Of a stretch of 64,000 nucleotides of DNA, positions 29,801 through 38,638 are shown one piece after another (within the stretch, counting starts at the first letter, position 1; every line of letters starts with the position of its first letter). Under the pieces are notes generated by a model. The model saw only the letters and a program-made list of their open reading frames with translations. It made no database searches and had not been told where the DNA came from. The stretch lies in contig CAXXLZ010000002.1 in NCBI GenBank assembly GCA_963675595.2, forward strand, positions 928,001-992,000, written 5' to 3'. The position numbers were made by a program, and so were the translations under genes. The DNA is from Thermodesulfobacteriota bacterium (lineage in GTDB: Bacteria; Desulfobacterota; Desulfarculia; JACQYL01).

Positions 29801-32800
29801 CCTCACAGTGCGGGCCAGCTCACCCTCTCGTTCCGCCCGTCCTCTCGATGCGGCCACGGCTTCTCTCACGGCTTCGGCTTTGGACCGAATGGCCGAACTG
29901 GAGTCCATTAGTTCCTTTTGGTCTTTGAGCAGCTTCTCCAAATCCGTTTGCACGTCCCCGCACGCTTTGACGCTTCCGCATTTGGACGCACCACCGGCCA
30001 AATCCTCCAAGCGCCCCAAGAGGACCCCCTCGCTGTAGGACTGCATGCGACTCCTCACATGCCGTTGTGCCGCATCATTGAACGTCGCCATTTCCTTGTG
30101 AACGGACAGCCCTCGCATTTCTTCCAGCGCCTTCTCATAGAGCTCCTTGCCCTGTTCGAACCGTCCTTGATTCTCAGCCTTTTCCGCCGCATCCAGAAGA
30201 CCCGTCAGCCGTTTATGCGCCTCGGTCAGGTCTTGGTAGTTCTTTGCAGTCTTGGAACTGTACCCCCGGATGCCCGAGTACTTCCCATATTTCGAGACCA
30301 GCTCGCCCAGCTTATCCATCTCAGCCGAACCGTATCCCGGCGATTGGAAGGACACCTTTCCCAACAACTCATCCATTTCCCTCACGATGCGGGCCAGCTC
30401 TCCTTCTCGTTCCACCCGTCCTCTCGATGCGGCCACGGCTTCTCTCACAGCTTCGGCTTTGGACCGGACGGCCGAACTGGAATCCACCACGGCCTTCCGG
30501 CTTAGGAGCAGGTTGTCCAGCGCCGTTTTCACTTCCCCGCACGCCGCCACGCTCCCGCATTCGGAGGCTCTACTCCCCAAATCCTCCAGTTGCGCCAAAA
30601 GCATCCCTTCGCGGCACGACGCCAGCCTGCCTCTTACGTACTCTCCCGCCGCCTCATTAAACGAGGCGAGTTCCTTGTGGGAAGACAGCTGTTCGATTTC
30701 CCCAAGGGCCTTCTCGTAGAGTTCCTCGCCCTGCGCGAACCGTCCTTGATTCTCCGCCCTTTCCGCCGCATCCAGAAGATCCGTCAGCCGTTTATGCGCC
30801 TCGATCAGGTCTTGGCAGCTCTTCGCGGTCTTGGAACTGTACCCCCGGGTGCCCGAGTACTTCCCATACTCCAATAACAGCTTGGCCAACTTGTTCATCT
30901 CATCCGAACCGTATCCCGGCGATTGGAAGGACACCTTCCCCAACATCTCTTCCATCTCCCTCACAGTGCGGGCCAGCTCTCCCTCTGCCAGCGCCCGTCT
31001 TTTCGAAGCGGCCACGGTTTCTCGTACGGCCTTCGCTTTGGACTGAATCGCCGAACTAGTCTCTACCAAGTCTTTTTGCTCCTCAAGCAGCCACTCCAGG
31101 TCAACACGCTCTCGTTCGCAAAATTCCACGCTCGCGCACCCGGACGCTCTACGAAGCAAATTCTCCAGTTGCCCCAAGAGAATCCCCTCGCGGCACGACC
31201 GTATCCCGTCCCTCACGTATGCTAATGCGCCGGCATTGAACGTCGCCATTTCCTTGTGAACGGACAGCCCTTGCATTTCTTCCACCGCCTTCTCATAGAG
31301 CTCCTTGCCCTGCTCGAACCGACCTTGCTTACCGGCCTTGTCCGCTTCGTCAAGTAAACTCGCCATCCGTTTGTGCGTTTCCAACACTTCTCGGTAGCTC
31401 TTGGCCGTTTCGGACCGGTATCCGCGTGTCTCCGAGTATCTCACGTACTCCGAGAGGAGCTTACCCAGCTTGTCCGTTTCAGCCCCGCCGTACCCCGGCG
31501 ACTTGAAGGAAATCCTATCCAACGACTCCTTCATCTCCCTCGCGATCCGGAGCAATTCCCACTCTTCCTGCGCCTTTCTTTTCGACACTGCCGCCGCTGC
31601 TCTTATGGCTTCCGCTTTGGCCCGAATCGCCGAGCTGGATTCCACCAACTCCTTTTGGCCTTGGAGCAACTTCTCCAGAGTCGTTTGGATTCCCTCACAC
31701 GCCTTCACGCCGCCACACTTGGCGGCCTTCCCGGCCAGATCGTCCAGTTGTCCCAAAAGAATCCCTTCACGACACGACGCCGTGCGGCTCATCACATGCT
31801 TCCTTGCCGCGTCGCTGAAGGAAGCCGGCACCTCATGTCCGGACAGGCTTTCGATTTCCCTGAGCGCCTTCTCGTACAGCTCCTTGCCCTGCTCGAACCG
31901 CCCCTCATTCTCCGCTTCGTCCGCAGCGTTCAAAATACTCGTCAAACGCTCGTACCTAGCAAGCAGTTCCTGGTAACTTTTAATCGTTTCGGCTCGGTAC
32001 CCCCGAGTCCCCGAGTACTTCACGTACTCCGAAAACAATTCCCTCACCTTATCCATCTGGGCCGAACCGTATCCCGGCGATTGGAAGGACACCTTTCCCA
32101 ACATCTCTTCCATCTCCCTCACGATGCGTGCCAGCTCTCCTTCTCGTTCCGCCCGTCTTTTGGAAGCGGTCACGGCTCTTTCTACGGCGTCAGCTTTGGT
32201 CCGGACGGCCGAACTGGAGTCCATTAGTTCCTTTTGGTCTTTGAGCAGCTTCTCCAGAGCCGTTTTCAACTCCCCGCAGGCTTTGACGCTCCCGCATTTG
32301 GACGCCCTGCTCCCCAAATCCTCCAGTTGTGCCAAAAGCATCCCTTCGCGGCACGACGCCAACCGGCCCTTCACATGCTCGCTTGCCGCGTCGATGAAGG
32401 CCGCCGGCGCCTTATAGGCGGACAGTCCTTTGATCTCCCTGAGCGCCCTCTCATAGAGTTCCTCGCCCTGCGCGAATCGTCCTTGATTCTCCGCCTTTTC
32501 CGCCGCATCCAGAAGATCCGTCAGCCGTTCATGGGCCTCGATCAGGTCTTGGCAGCTCTTCGCGGTCTTGGAACTGTACCCCCGGGTGCCAGAATACTTC
32601 CCATATTTCGAGACCAGACTGCCCAGCTCTTCCATCTCAGCCGAACCGTAGCCCGAAGACTTGAAAGATACCTTGCCCAAGACTCCCTGCATCTGCCTCG
32701 CGATGTAGACGACATCGCTCTCTTCCTGCGCCCGTCTTTTCGACACGACCACGGCTTCTCTTAGGGCTTTCGCTTTGGAACGGACGGCCGAACTGGAATC

Positions 32801-35038
32801 CATTAGTTCCTTCTGGCCTTGGAGCAGCTTCTCCAAATCCGTTTGCACGTCCCCGCACGCCGTCACGCTCCCGCATTCGGAGGCTCTGCTCCCCAAATCC
32901 TCCAGTTGCGCCAAAAGCATCCCTTCGCGGCACGACGCCAGCCTGCCTCTTACGTACTCTCCCGCCGCCTCATTAAACGAGGCGAGTTCCTTGTGGGAAG
33001 ACAGCTGTACGATTTCCCCAAGGGCCTTCCCGTAGAGTTCCTCGCCCTGCGCGAATCGTCCTTGATTCTCCGCCCTTTCCGCCGCATCCAGAAGATCCGT
33101 CAGCCGTTTATGCGCCTCGATCAGGTCTTGGCAGCTCTTCGCGGTCTTGGAACTGTACCCCCGGGTGCCCGAGTACTTCCCATATTTCGAGACCAGCCCG
33201 CCCAGCTTATCCATCTCAGCCGAACCGTATCCCGGCGATTGGAAGGACACCTTTCCCAAAACTCCCTCCATCTGCCTCGCGATGTAGACGACATCGCTCT
33301 CTTCCTGCGCCCGTCTTCTCGATGCGGCCACGGCTTTTTCTATCGTTTCCGCTTTGGAGCGGACGGCCGAACTGGAATCCACCACGGCCTTCCGGCTTAG
33401 GAGCAGGTTGTCCAGCGCCGTTTTCACTTCCCCGCACGCCGTCACGCTCCCGCATTCGGAGGCTCTACTCCCCAAATCCTCCAGTTGCGCCAAAAGCATC
33501 CCTTCGCGGCACGACGCCAGCCTGCCTCTTACGTACTCTCCCGCCGCCTCATTAAACGAGGCGAGTTCCTTGTGGGAAGACAGCTGTACGATTTCCCCAA
33601 GGGCCTTCCCGTAGAGTTCCTCGCCCTGCGCGAATCGTCCTTGATTCTCCGCCCTTTCCGCCGCATCCAGAAGATCCGTCAGCCGTTTATGCGCCTCGAT
33701 CAGGTCTTGGCAGCTCTTCGCGGTCTTGGAACTGTACCCCCGGGTGCCCGAGTACTTCCCGTATTTCGAGACCAGCCCGCCCAGCTTATCCATCTCAGCC
33801 GAACCGTATCCCGGCGATTGGAAGGACACCTTTCCCAAAACTCCCTCCATCTGCCTCGCGATGTAGACGACATCGCTCTCTTCCTGCGCCCGTCTTCTCG
33901 ATGCGGCCACGGCTTTTTCTATCGATTCCGCTTTGGAGCGGACGGCCGAACTGGAATCCATTAGTTCCTTTTGGTCTTGGAGCAGCTTCTTCAAATCCGT
34001 TTGCACGTCCCCGCAGGCTTTGACGCTCCCGCATTCGGAGGCTCTGCTCCGCAAATCCTCCAGTTGCGCCAAAAGCATCCCTTCGCGGCACGACGCCAGC
34101 CTGCCCTGCACATGCTTGTTTGCCGCGTCGATGAAGGTCGCCGGCGCCTTATGGGCCGACATCCTTTGAATTTCTTTCAGGGCCTTTTCGTAGAGTTTTT
34201 CGCCCTGCTCGAATCGTCCTTGCTTCTCGGCCTTGTCGCCTTCGTCAAGAAAGCCGCTCAGCCGTTTGTGTGTCTTCAACAGGTCTCGGTAGCTCTGGGC
34301 GAGTTCGACCCGGTAGCCGTCCGCACCTGAATGTTCCTCGTATTCGGAAACCAGCTCGTCCAGTCTTTCGATCTCCGCTCTCCCATAGCCGGGCGATTTG
34401 AAGGATATGTTCCCCAAAGACGCTTCCATCTCCCCCACATTGTGGCGTAACTTCTCAACTTCCTGCTTTGCTTTTCTCTTATCCTCATAACCCTGTGCTT
34501 TCTTCCGGACCTTTTCTTCTAAGGTATGGTAGGTTTCTATTAGTGGCTTGAAATTATCAGGCACGTAATTACCGCTTTTCTCTTGAATAACCCTACCTTC
34601 ACTATCAATCCAGATCAGAATGGGAGTAATTATTTCAATATCGAATATTTTAGCAAGATTTTTGTATTCCAATGTCATGAATAATCGATCTTTTGTACCG
34701 AACTCCTCAATATCCTTTTTCCAGCTTCGTTCCCAGTATTCACGTGGAGAAACGGGAATCGCAATAACGGATAATGTCTGATTCTTCTTGGCCAGGAACT
34801 CAATAGCTTTGAGAATTATCCTTTCTTTTTCTTTTTCAGGAAGGAAAAAGAATACAGCAGTCATTGGTGATTTAAAAACATTTCTAGATTGAACGTTCCG
34901 ACCATTAATATCCTTAAAAGTGAATAATTTAACCAGATCACCTTCTTTAACTGATGCAAAAATTTGGGTATCTCCAATACATATTGCTAAACATGCAAAT
35001 AAGACTATATATTTTATTGTAATATATATATATTTCAT
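26861..35038 (-). CDS. Giant secreted repeat protein 2 (2725 aa): redoxin-like N-domain, eleven 193-aa repeats, two C-terminal CsgG/TolB-N-like domains
   Basis: Same N-domain and repeat as protein 1; the C-terminal 200-aa unit (KLVILPF...LGAAAGADAVI...I.TALV...TG) is duplicated. Confidence 0.85.
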   Translation of the reverse strand: MKYIYITIKYIVLFACLAICIGDTQIFASVKEGDLVKLFTFKDINGRNVQSRNVFKSPMTAVFFFLPEKEKERIILKAIEFLAKKNQTLSVIAIPVSPREYWERSWKKDIEEFGTKDRLFMTLEYKNLAKIFDIEIITPILIWIDSEGRVIQEKSGNYVPDNFKPLIETYHTLEEKVRKKAQGYEDKRKAKQEVEKLRHNVGEMEASLGNISFKSPGYGRAEIERLDELVSEYEEHSGADGYRVELAQSYRDLLKTHKRLSGFLDEGDKAEKQGRFEQGEKLYEKALKEIQRMSAHKAPATFIDAANKHVQGRLASCREGMLLAQLEDLRSRASECGSVKACGDVQTDLKKLLQDQKELMDSSSAVRSKAESIEKAVAASRRRAQEESDVVYIARQMEGVLGKVSFQSPGYGSAEMDKLGGLVSKYGKYSGTRGYSSKTAKSCQDLIEAHKRLTDLLDAAERAENQGRFAQGEELYGKALGEIVQLSSHKELASFNEAAGEYVRGRLASCREGMLLAQLEDLGSRASECGSVTACGEVKTALDNLLLSRKAVVDSSSAVRSKAETIEKAVAASRRRAQEESDVVYIARQMEGVLGKVSFQSPGYGSAEMDKLGGLVSKYGKYSGTRGYSSKTAKSCQDLIEAHKRLTDLLDAAERAENQGRFAQGEELYGKALGEIVQLSSHKELASFNEAAGEYVRGRLASCREGMLLAQLEDLGSRASECGSVTACGDVQTDLEKLLQGQKELMDSSSAVRSKAKALREAVVVSKRRAQEESDVVYIARQMQGVLGKVSFKSSGYGSAEMEELGSLVSKYGKYSGTRGYSSKTAKSCQDLIEAHERLTDLLDAAEKAENQGRFAQGEELYERALREIKGLSAYKAPAAFIDAASEHVKGRLASCREGMLLAQLEDLGSRASKCGSVKACGELKTALEKLLKDQKELMDSSSAVRTKADAVERAVTASKRRAEREGELARIVREMEEMLGKVSFQSPGYGSAQMDKVRELFSEYVKYSGTRGYRAETIKSYQELLARYERLTSILNAADEAENEGRFEQGKELYEKALREIESLSGHEVPASFSDAARKHVMSRTASCREGILLGQLDDLAGKAAKCGGVKACEGIQTTLEKLLQGQKELVESSSAIRAKAEAIRAAAAVSKRKAQEEWELLRIAREMKESLDRISFKSPGYGGAETDKLGKLLSEYVRYSETRGYRSETAKSYREVLETHKRMASLLDEADKAGKQGRFEQGKELYEKAVEEMQGLSVHKEMATFNAGALAYVRDGIRSCREGILLGQLENLLRRASGCASVEFCERERVDLEWLLEEQKDLVETSSAIQSKAKAVRETVAASKRRALAEGELARTVREMEEMLGKVSFQSPGYGSDEMNKLAKLLLEYGKYSGTRGYSSKTAKSCQDLIEAHKRLTDLLDAAERAENQGRFAQGEELYEKALGEIEQLSSHKELASFNEAAGEYVRGRLASCREGMLLAQLEDLGSRASECGSVAACGEVKTALDNLLLSRKAVVDSSSAVRSKAEAVREAVAASRGRVEREGELARIVREMDELLGKVSFQSPGYGSAEMDKLGELVSKYGKYSGIRGYSSKTAKNYQDLTEAHKRLTGLLDAAEKAENQGRFEQGKELYEKALEEMRGLSVHKEMATFNDAAQRHVRSRMQSYSEGVLLGRLEDLAGGASKCGSVKACGDVQTDLEKLLKDQKELMDSSSAIRSKAEAVREAVAASRGRAEREGELARTVREMDELLGKVSFQSPGYGSAEMDKLGSLVSKYGKYSSTQGYQAETAKSYNDLIEGHKRLTELLDAAEKAENQGRFDQGEELYEKALMEVEGLSAYKAPATFIDAAQRHVRSRMQSCSEGVLLGRLEDLGSRASECGSVKACGELKTALEKLLQGQKELMDSSSAVRTKAEALERAVAASKRRALAEGELASIVREMDELFGKVSFQSPGYGSDEMNELGSLVSKYGKYSSTQGYKPETAKSYNDLIEAHKRLTGLLDAAEKAENQGRFEQGEELYEKALGEIEQLSSHKEIASFNEAAGEYVRGRLASCREGMLLAQLEDLAGDASRCRSVEACGAVHTALEKLLQGQKELVESSSAIRAKAEAIRAAAAVSKRKAQEEWELLRIAREMKESLDRISFKSPGYGGAETDELGKLISEYVRYSETRGYQSETVKSYRDLLEAHKRLTGLLDAANKAEKQGRFEQGKELYERALGEIEQLSACRELSSFNEAARAHVTSRMASCREGILLGKLEDLAGKGTSCESLEACGQVQATLEKLLQGKKDLLDCSPAIRAKAEAVREAVAVSRKRAQQEGDLLAFEPSPISMGKEPEPAAALKADDQRPAVKPAVDSNVKLVILPFDLPTEHDRHLKYFLKALSEILPGHADITAVASAYDFAGFHPALADTPNLNEKTRSSGVLNHIWSENDPRPDTEAMRSLGAAAGADAVISYAVRLSAENPYSPTIDSKICTALVNVHTGEAFVNEVSVSYYGDAEWNRKAEQLTRVSFADFLAARQRARSHHVSVSIGKKPEPAAAVKADDQRPAVKPAVDSNVKLVILPFDLPTEHDRLLNYFLKALSEILPGFVKITAVASAYDFAGFHPALVGTPILNEKTRSTGVWTHRWSENDPRPDTETMRSLGAAAGADAVISYAVRLTAENPYSPTIDSKIYTALVDLHTGKAFANEVSVSYYGDAEWNRKAEQLTRESLADLLAARQRAKSNH
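26875..28060 (-). repeat. Two tandem 600-bp copies encoding the C-terminal domain
   Basis: Sequence at 27361 recurs at 27961. Confidence 0.9.
28080..34449 (-). repeat. Eleven tandem 579-bp coding repeats
   Basis: Shadow ORFs at 32637, 33216 and 33795; boundaries approximate. Confidence 0.9.
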
Positions 35039-35115
35039 GAAAAACTCAGTTAGTTTAGTTTTTCTTTTGAATCTTTTTAAAATAGTAGTGCATATTTTAA
35101 TCCTAACTAATTATG

Positions 35116-35736
35116 TCAAAACTTAGGTATATCTATAGACATGTATAAATATCTAACGGCATCTACGCCATCATCACGAATACGCTCATCATTGGATAGA
35201 TTACATAAACTTCTCTTCAAATTGTCATAACGATTCTTTATCTCCATAACATTTCTTGGAATGTAAACGCCTGTTTCTTCTCCTAAAACCATACTTTTAC
35301 TATCAATCCAGATCAGCACGGGAAACACAATTCCGGCATCGAACACTTTAGCAAGCTTGCCATATTCCAATGTCATAAATAATCGATCTTTTGAACCGAA
35401 ATCCTCAATATGCGATTTCCAGCGTAGATTTCAGTTTTCACGTTGGGAGCAGGGAACCGCAATGACGGATAATGCCTGCTCTTTCTTGGCTAGATACTCA
35501 ATAGATTTTAGGATTTGCCTGTCACTTTCTATTTCAGGAAGAAAGAAAAATACGTCGGTTAACGGAGTTTTAAGCACATCCTTGGATTGAATCGTTCGGC
35601 CTCTCATGTCCTCAAAGGAAAACGGCGCTACTTGGTGTCCCTGTTTCACCAGGGCGGAAGCCGGCCCGGCGCTCAAGAAAAAGATCATGCAGATACAGAA
35701 GATCGCACACTGAAATAGGGTCATTATAGATTTCAT
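35116..35736 (-). pseudogene. Short third paralogue of the redoxin-like N-domain, with an in-frame TGA at 35431-35433
   Basis: The two ORFs share a frame (REN*NLRWKSHIEDFGSKDRLFMTLEY); the TGA aligns with Trp in both giant proteins. Confidence 0.8.
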
Positions 35737-35952
35737 GAGCTCCTCGCCTTACCGATCTTATCCAACAGAATCCGATGTAGCGTCGAATAACCGGACTCTT
35801 CCCCGATCTTGGTCGCCGATTTGAGCTTTGGGAATGCTTCGGCCCTCCGATCCATCCTTTGCCGAAAACCCCGCTTGCATTTCCCAGCCGACCCGTTTAT
35901 TAAGAAAACACGTTCTACGTTGATTTCGATTTAACCTATCGAGACGGATGCC

Positions 35953-37173
35953 ATGGAATCTCCCCGGAGAAGCGGACCAATAGCCCAGCCTGATCGATTT
36001 GGAAGATACGAGATCGTTTCGCTTCTGGGCCGAGGCGCAATGGGCGTTGTTTACAAAGCTTGGGACCCCGTGGGTTCGAGAGAGCTTGCGGTAAAAGTAC
36101 ATAAAATGGACGTGGTGGAAGGCTCGGCCGAAGAAACACGTCTTCTGAAAGAAGCCCGCGCCATGGCGCAACTGAGTCACGGCAACATCGTGACCTTGTA
36201 CGACATCGGCAGGGAAGACGAATCTCTGTTTCTTGCCATGGAGTACATTCGCGGCCATAACCTGAGCCATATGCTTAAAGACAAGAAACGATTCTCCCCA
36301 TTTCAGGCGGCGGAATTCGGGGCGCAGATCGCCGACGCTCTCGATTACGCCCACAGATTGGGAATTGTCCATCGTGATATCAAACCGGCCAATATATTGG
36401 TTAACGAAGACGGGACTCCCAAGATCGCCGATTTCGGCATTGCGCGGATCATTGACCTCGGACTGTCTATGGACAACAGGATCGTGGGGACTCCCGCGTA
36501 CATGTCTCCGGAACAGGTGAGCGGACAACCCGTAGACGGACGCAGCGACCTGTTTTCCCTGGGTGTCATCATCTATGAAATGGCCACTCAACAGAAACCT
36601 TTCGACGGTGAAACCTTTACCGAAGTGACCGTGCAAATCGTTGGGCGCGATCCCCGTCACCCTCGAGCCATCGACCGACACATCCCAAAGCCTCTTGGAG
36701 ACATTATCATCAAGGCCCTGCAAAAGGACCCCTTGAAGCGTTTTCAGACGGGCCGGGAAATGGCGGAGGCTCTTCGCGCTTTTGCTCACGGTACCGGCAA
36801 GCCCCGCTCGTCGACCTCTGCAACGAAGTCCTTCTTGATCACTGTTCCCGTCCTCCTTGCCATGCTTGCAGGCGGCTGGTATTTCTATGTTTACAAGCAG
36901 CAGACTCCCATCGAAACCCCGGCGATCCAAACGCAAGAACCTGCTTTCCTTTCTTATGTAACCGCCATCACGTATCCCGACGGGGCGGAAGTGTGGCTGG
37001 ACGGCAAGTTAAAGGGGATCAGCCCCACCGTGCTCGAGTTGACACCCGGCGCACACGACCTGAAGTTTGTCAAAGAAGGCTACAAGACCAAGGAAGCCGG
37101 CATTTTCATTCGGGAAGACAAAGACCAGGACCTTGAAATCGATCTCGAGCCACTGGGCGCTTCAGAAAACTAA
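35953..37173 (+). CDS. Hanks-type Ser/Thr kinase with TM and C-terminal PEGA domain (PpkA/PknB-like)
   Basis: GRGAMGVVY, AVK, HRDIKPANIL, DFG, GTPAYMSPEQ; TM; PEGA (TYPDGAEVWLDGKLKGISP). Confidence 0.93.
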   Translation: MESPRRSGPIAQPDRFGRYEIVSLLGRGAMGVVYKAWDPVGSRELAVKVHKMDVVEGSAEETRLLKEARAMAQLSHGNIVTLYDIGREDESLFLAMEYIRGHNLSHMLKDKKRFSPFQAAEFGAQIADALDYAHRLGIVHRDIKPANILVNEDGTPKIADFGIARIIDLGLSMDNRIVGTPAYMSPEQVSGQPVDGRSDLFSLGVIIYEMATQQKPFDGETFTEVTVQIVGRDPRHPRAIDRHIPKPLGDIIIKALQKDPLKRFQTGREMAEALRAFAHGTGKPRSSTSATKSFLITVPVLLAMLAGGWYFYVYKQQTPIETPAIQTQEPAFLSYVTAITYPDGAEVWLDGKLKGISPTVLELTPGAHDLKFVKEGYKTKEAGIFIREDKDQDLEIDLEPLGASEN

Positions 37174-37192
37174 TACCGCCCCCCAGCACGGT

Positions 37193-38638
37193 TCAGGAGA
37201 TGGACCGCACCCTGAACCCGGCTCCGAACGGACTGACCAGAGTCACGAGATCGCCCGCCCGCAACGAGTGTCTTTGCCACTTGATTAATCGTTCTCCATT
37301 CACGAACGTTCCATTGGTGCTGCAGTCCGTCACAAAGTAGGCGCCGTCCTGAAGTTCTATTCTCGCGTGGCGCCGAGAAACAAGCCCCAAGGAAAACGGG
37401 ATGTCGGATCGGGGATCCCTCCCGATGACCAATTCGCGCTTGTTGTCGTAGCAAATCTCCTGGTCGGGCGACTCCCTGAATGAAATGACGATCTTCGGAA
37501 TCCGGTATTGAACGACGTCGCTGCAATCGCAATACATCGTTGACTCGAGAAAATCCCCCGCACCGTTCAGTCCCGAGTCCGAACCGACAGGCTCTGCGAA
37601 TCCGGTTCGATCCATTGAAGACAGCAATGCCCCGATCTGTATGGTTTCATCAGGATACGCCTGCAACGAGAAACTCAGCCCCGTTCGTTCGGAAATCATA
37701 CTTTGGAGCAGGGGAACCTGAAAGCCTCCCCCCGCCCCCAGTATTTTCATAGAAACTCTCCCGGCGTCAGAGCCGGCACTTGCCGCCATCTCGCTCACCG
37801 CCGAACTCAGTTCACTGACTCCAGCCTCCAACATGTCTGCGCAAACCTCTTCCGAAATGACACCGTCCAATTTGCCGCACTCACCGTACCCGTTAATTTC
37901 CAGGTCACGGCCGTTTCCGAGGGTTTTCAGCCCGGATGCGATCACCGAAAATGCGTGGATTCGATCGGGAGCACCAATGATCTTTCCACGCCAAGCCCCG
38001 TCCTCCAAATGCGACAAGAGAAGTTCCGTAAAGTACTGCAGCCCGATTGCCTTTAAAGAGGATTTGGAAACGCACTCGATATTCCCGGACTCACACCGGA
38101 AAAGGCAGAGAGACGAACCCGAGAAACCGATCCTGACCGTCAGCGCCCATTCGTTTTCGTTTGAAGGCAGCCCGTGGGCCCTGAGGATGGCCGTTTCGTG
38201 AGAAACGACCCGCCCCTCCAAACCCAGTCTCTCCATGAGTTCTTGCAGCTTTGTAAAATGCGTCTTGGGCAGCGTTCCCGGAATGGCCAAGGTGGTCTCT
38301 CGAAGAAGGCGACTATGATTCATCACACGGTTCAATACCCGATCCAGAAGCAATTCAAGCAAGAGTCTATAATTCGGATCGCTTTCCCCTAAAGCCTTAT
38401 TCAGAGAAAAGGGGATATCGCCTCGAGGTTCTCTTCGGTATCGATAGGCGGCCGCCCATCCGGAAACGATTCCGTATTCGGTCTGAAGGAACCGACACGG
38501 GAAAAACGGCCATTCCATCCGCATGTAACGATCCGTCAAGGGAACCGCCTTCCCGTCACGACCGGTAATCGAGGCTCGTGCCACCGTGTTTCCGAGTTTA
38601 ATTCCAAGAACCGCGTCGTCGAGCATAGAAGTCAGCAA
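37193..38638 (-). CDS. Degenerate Hsp70/DnaK-like nucleotide-binding domain fused to a C-terminal FHA domain
   Basis: VLGIKLGNT, LAIPG, VSHETAILRAHG, GAGGGFQVP and PDETIQIGALL parallel the Hsp70 motifs; FHA core IGR...VSRRHA...D.STNGTFVNG. Confidence 0.75.
   Translation of the reverse strand: MLTSMLDDAVLGIKLGNTVARASITGRDGKAVPLTDRYMRMEWPFFPCRFLQTEYGIVSGWAAAYRYRREPRGDIPFSLNKALGESDPNYRLLLELLLDRVLNRVMNHSRLLRETTLAIPGTLPKTHFTKLQELMERLGLEGRVVSHETAILRAHGLPSNENEWALTVRIGFSGSSLCLFRCESGNIECVSKSSLKAIGLQYFTELLLSHLEDGAWRGKIIGAPDRIHAFSVIASGLKTLGNGRDLEINGYGECGKLDGVISEEVCADMLEAGVSELSSAVSEMAASAGSDAGRVSMKILGAGGGFQVPLLQSMISERTGLSFSLQAYPDETIQIGALLSSMDRTGFAEPVGSDSGLNGAGDFLESTMYCDCSDVVQYRIPKIVISFRESPDQEICYDNKRELVIGRDPRSDIPFSLGLVSRRHARIELQDGAYFVTDCSTNGTFVNGERLIKWQRHSLRAGDLVTLVSPFGAGFRVRSIS

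Noticed and set aside
15710-34449. Repeats as a CRISPR array or non-coding satellite
   Set aside because: Units are 579 bp, in frame and protein-coding; no spacers or cas genes
35431-35433. Selenocysteine TGA in a thioredoxin-like fold
   Set aside because: Aligns with Trp, not Cys, in both paralogues; no convincing SECIS hairpin
35737-35952. Specific promoter or sigma-54 site in the divergent intergenic region
   Set aside because: Promoters probably lie here, but I found no convincing consensus match
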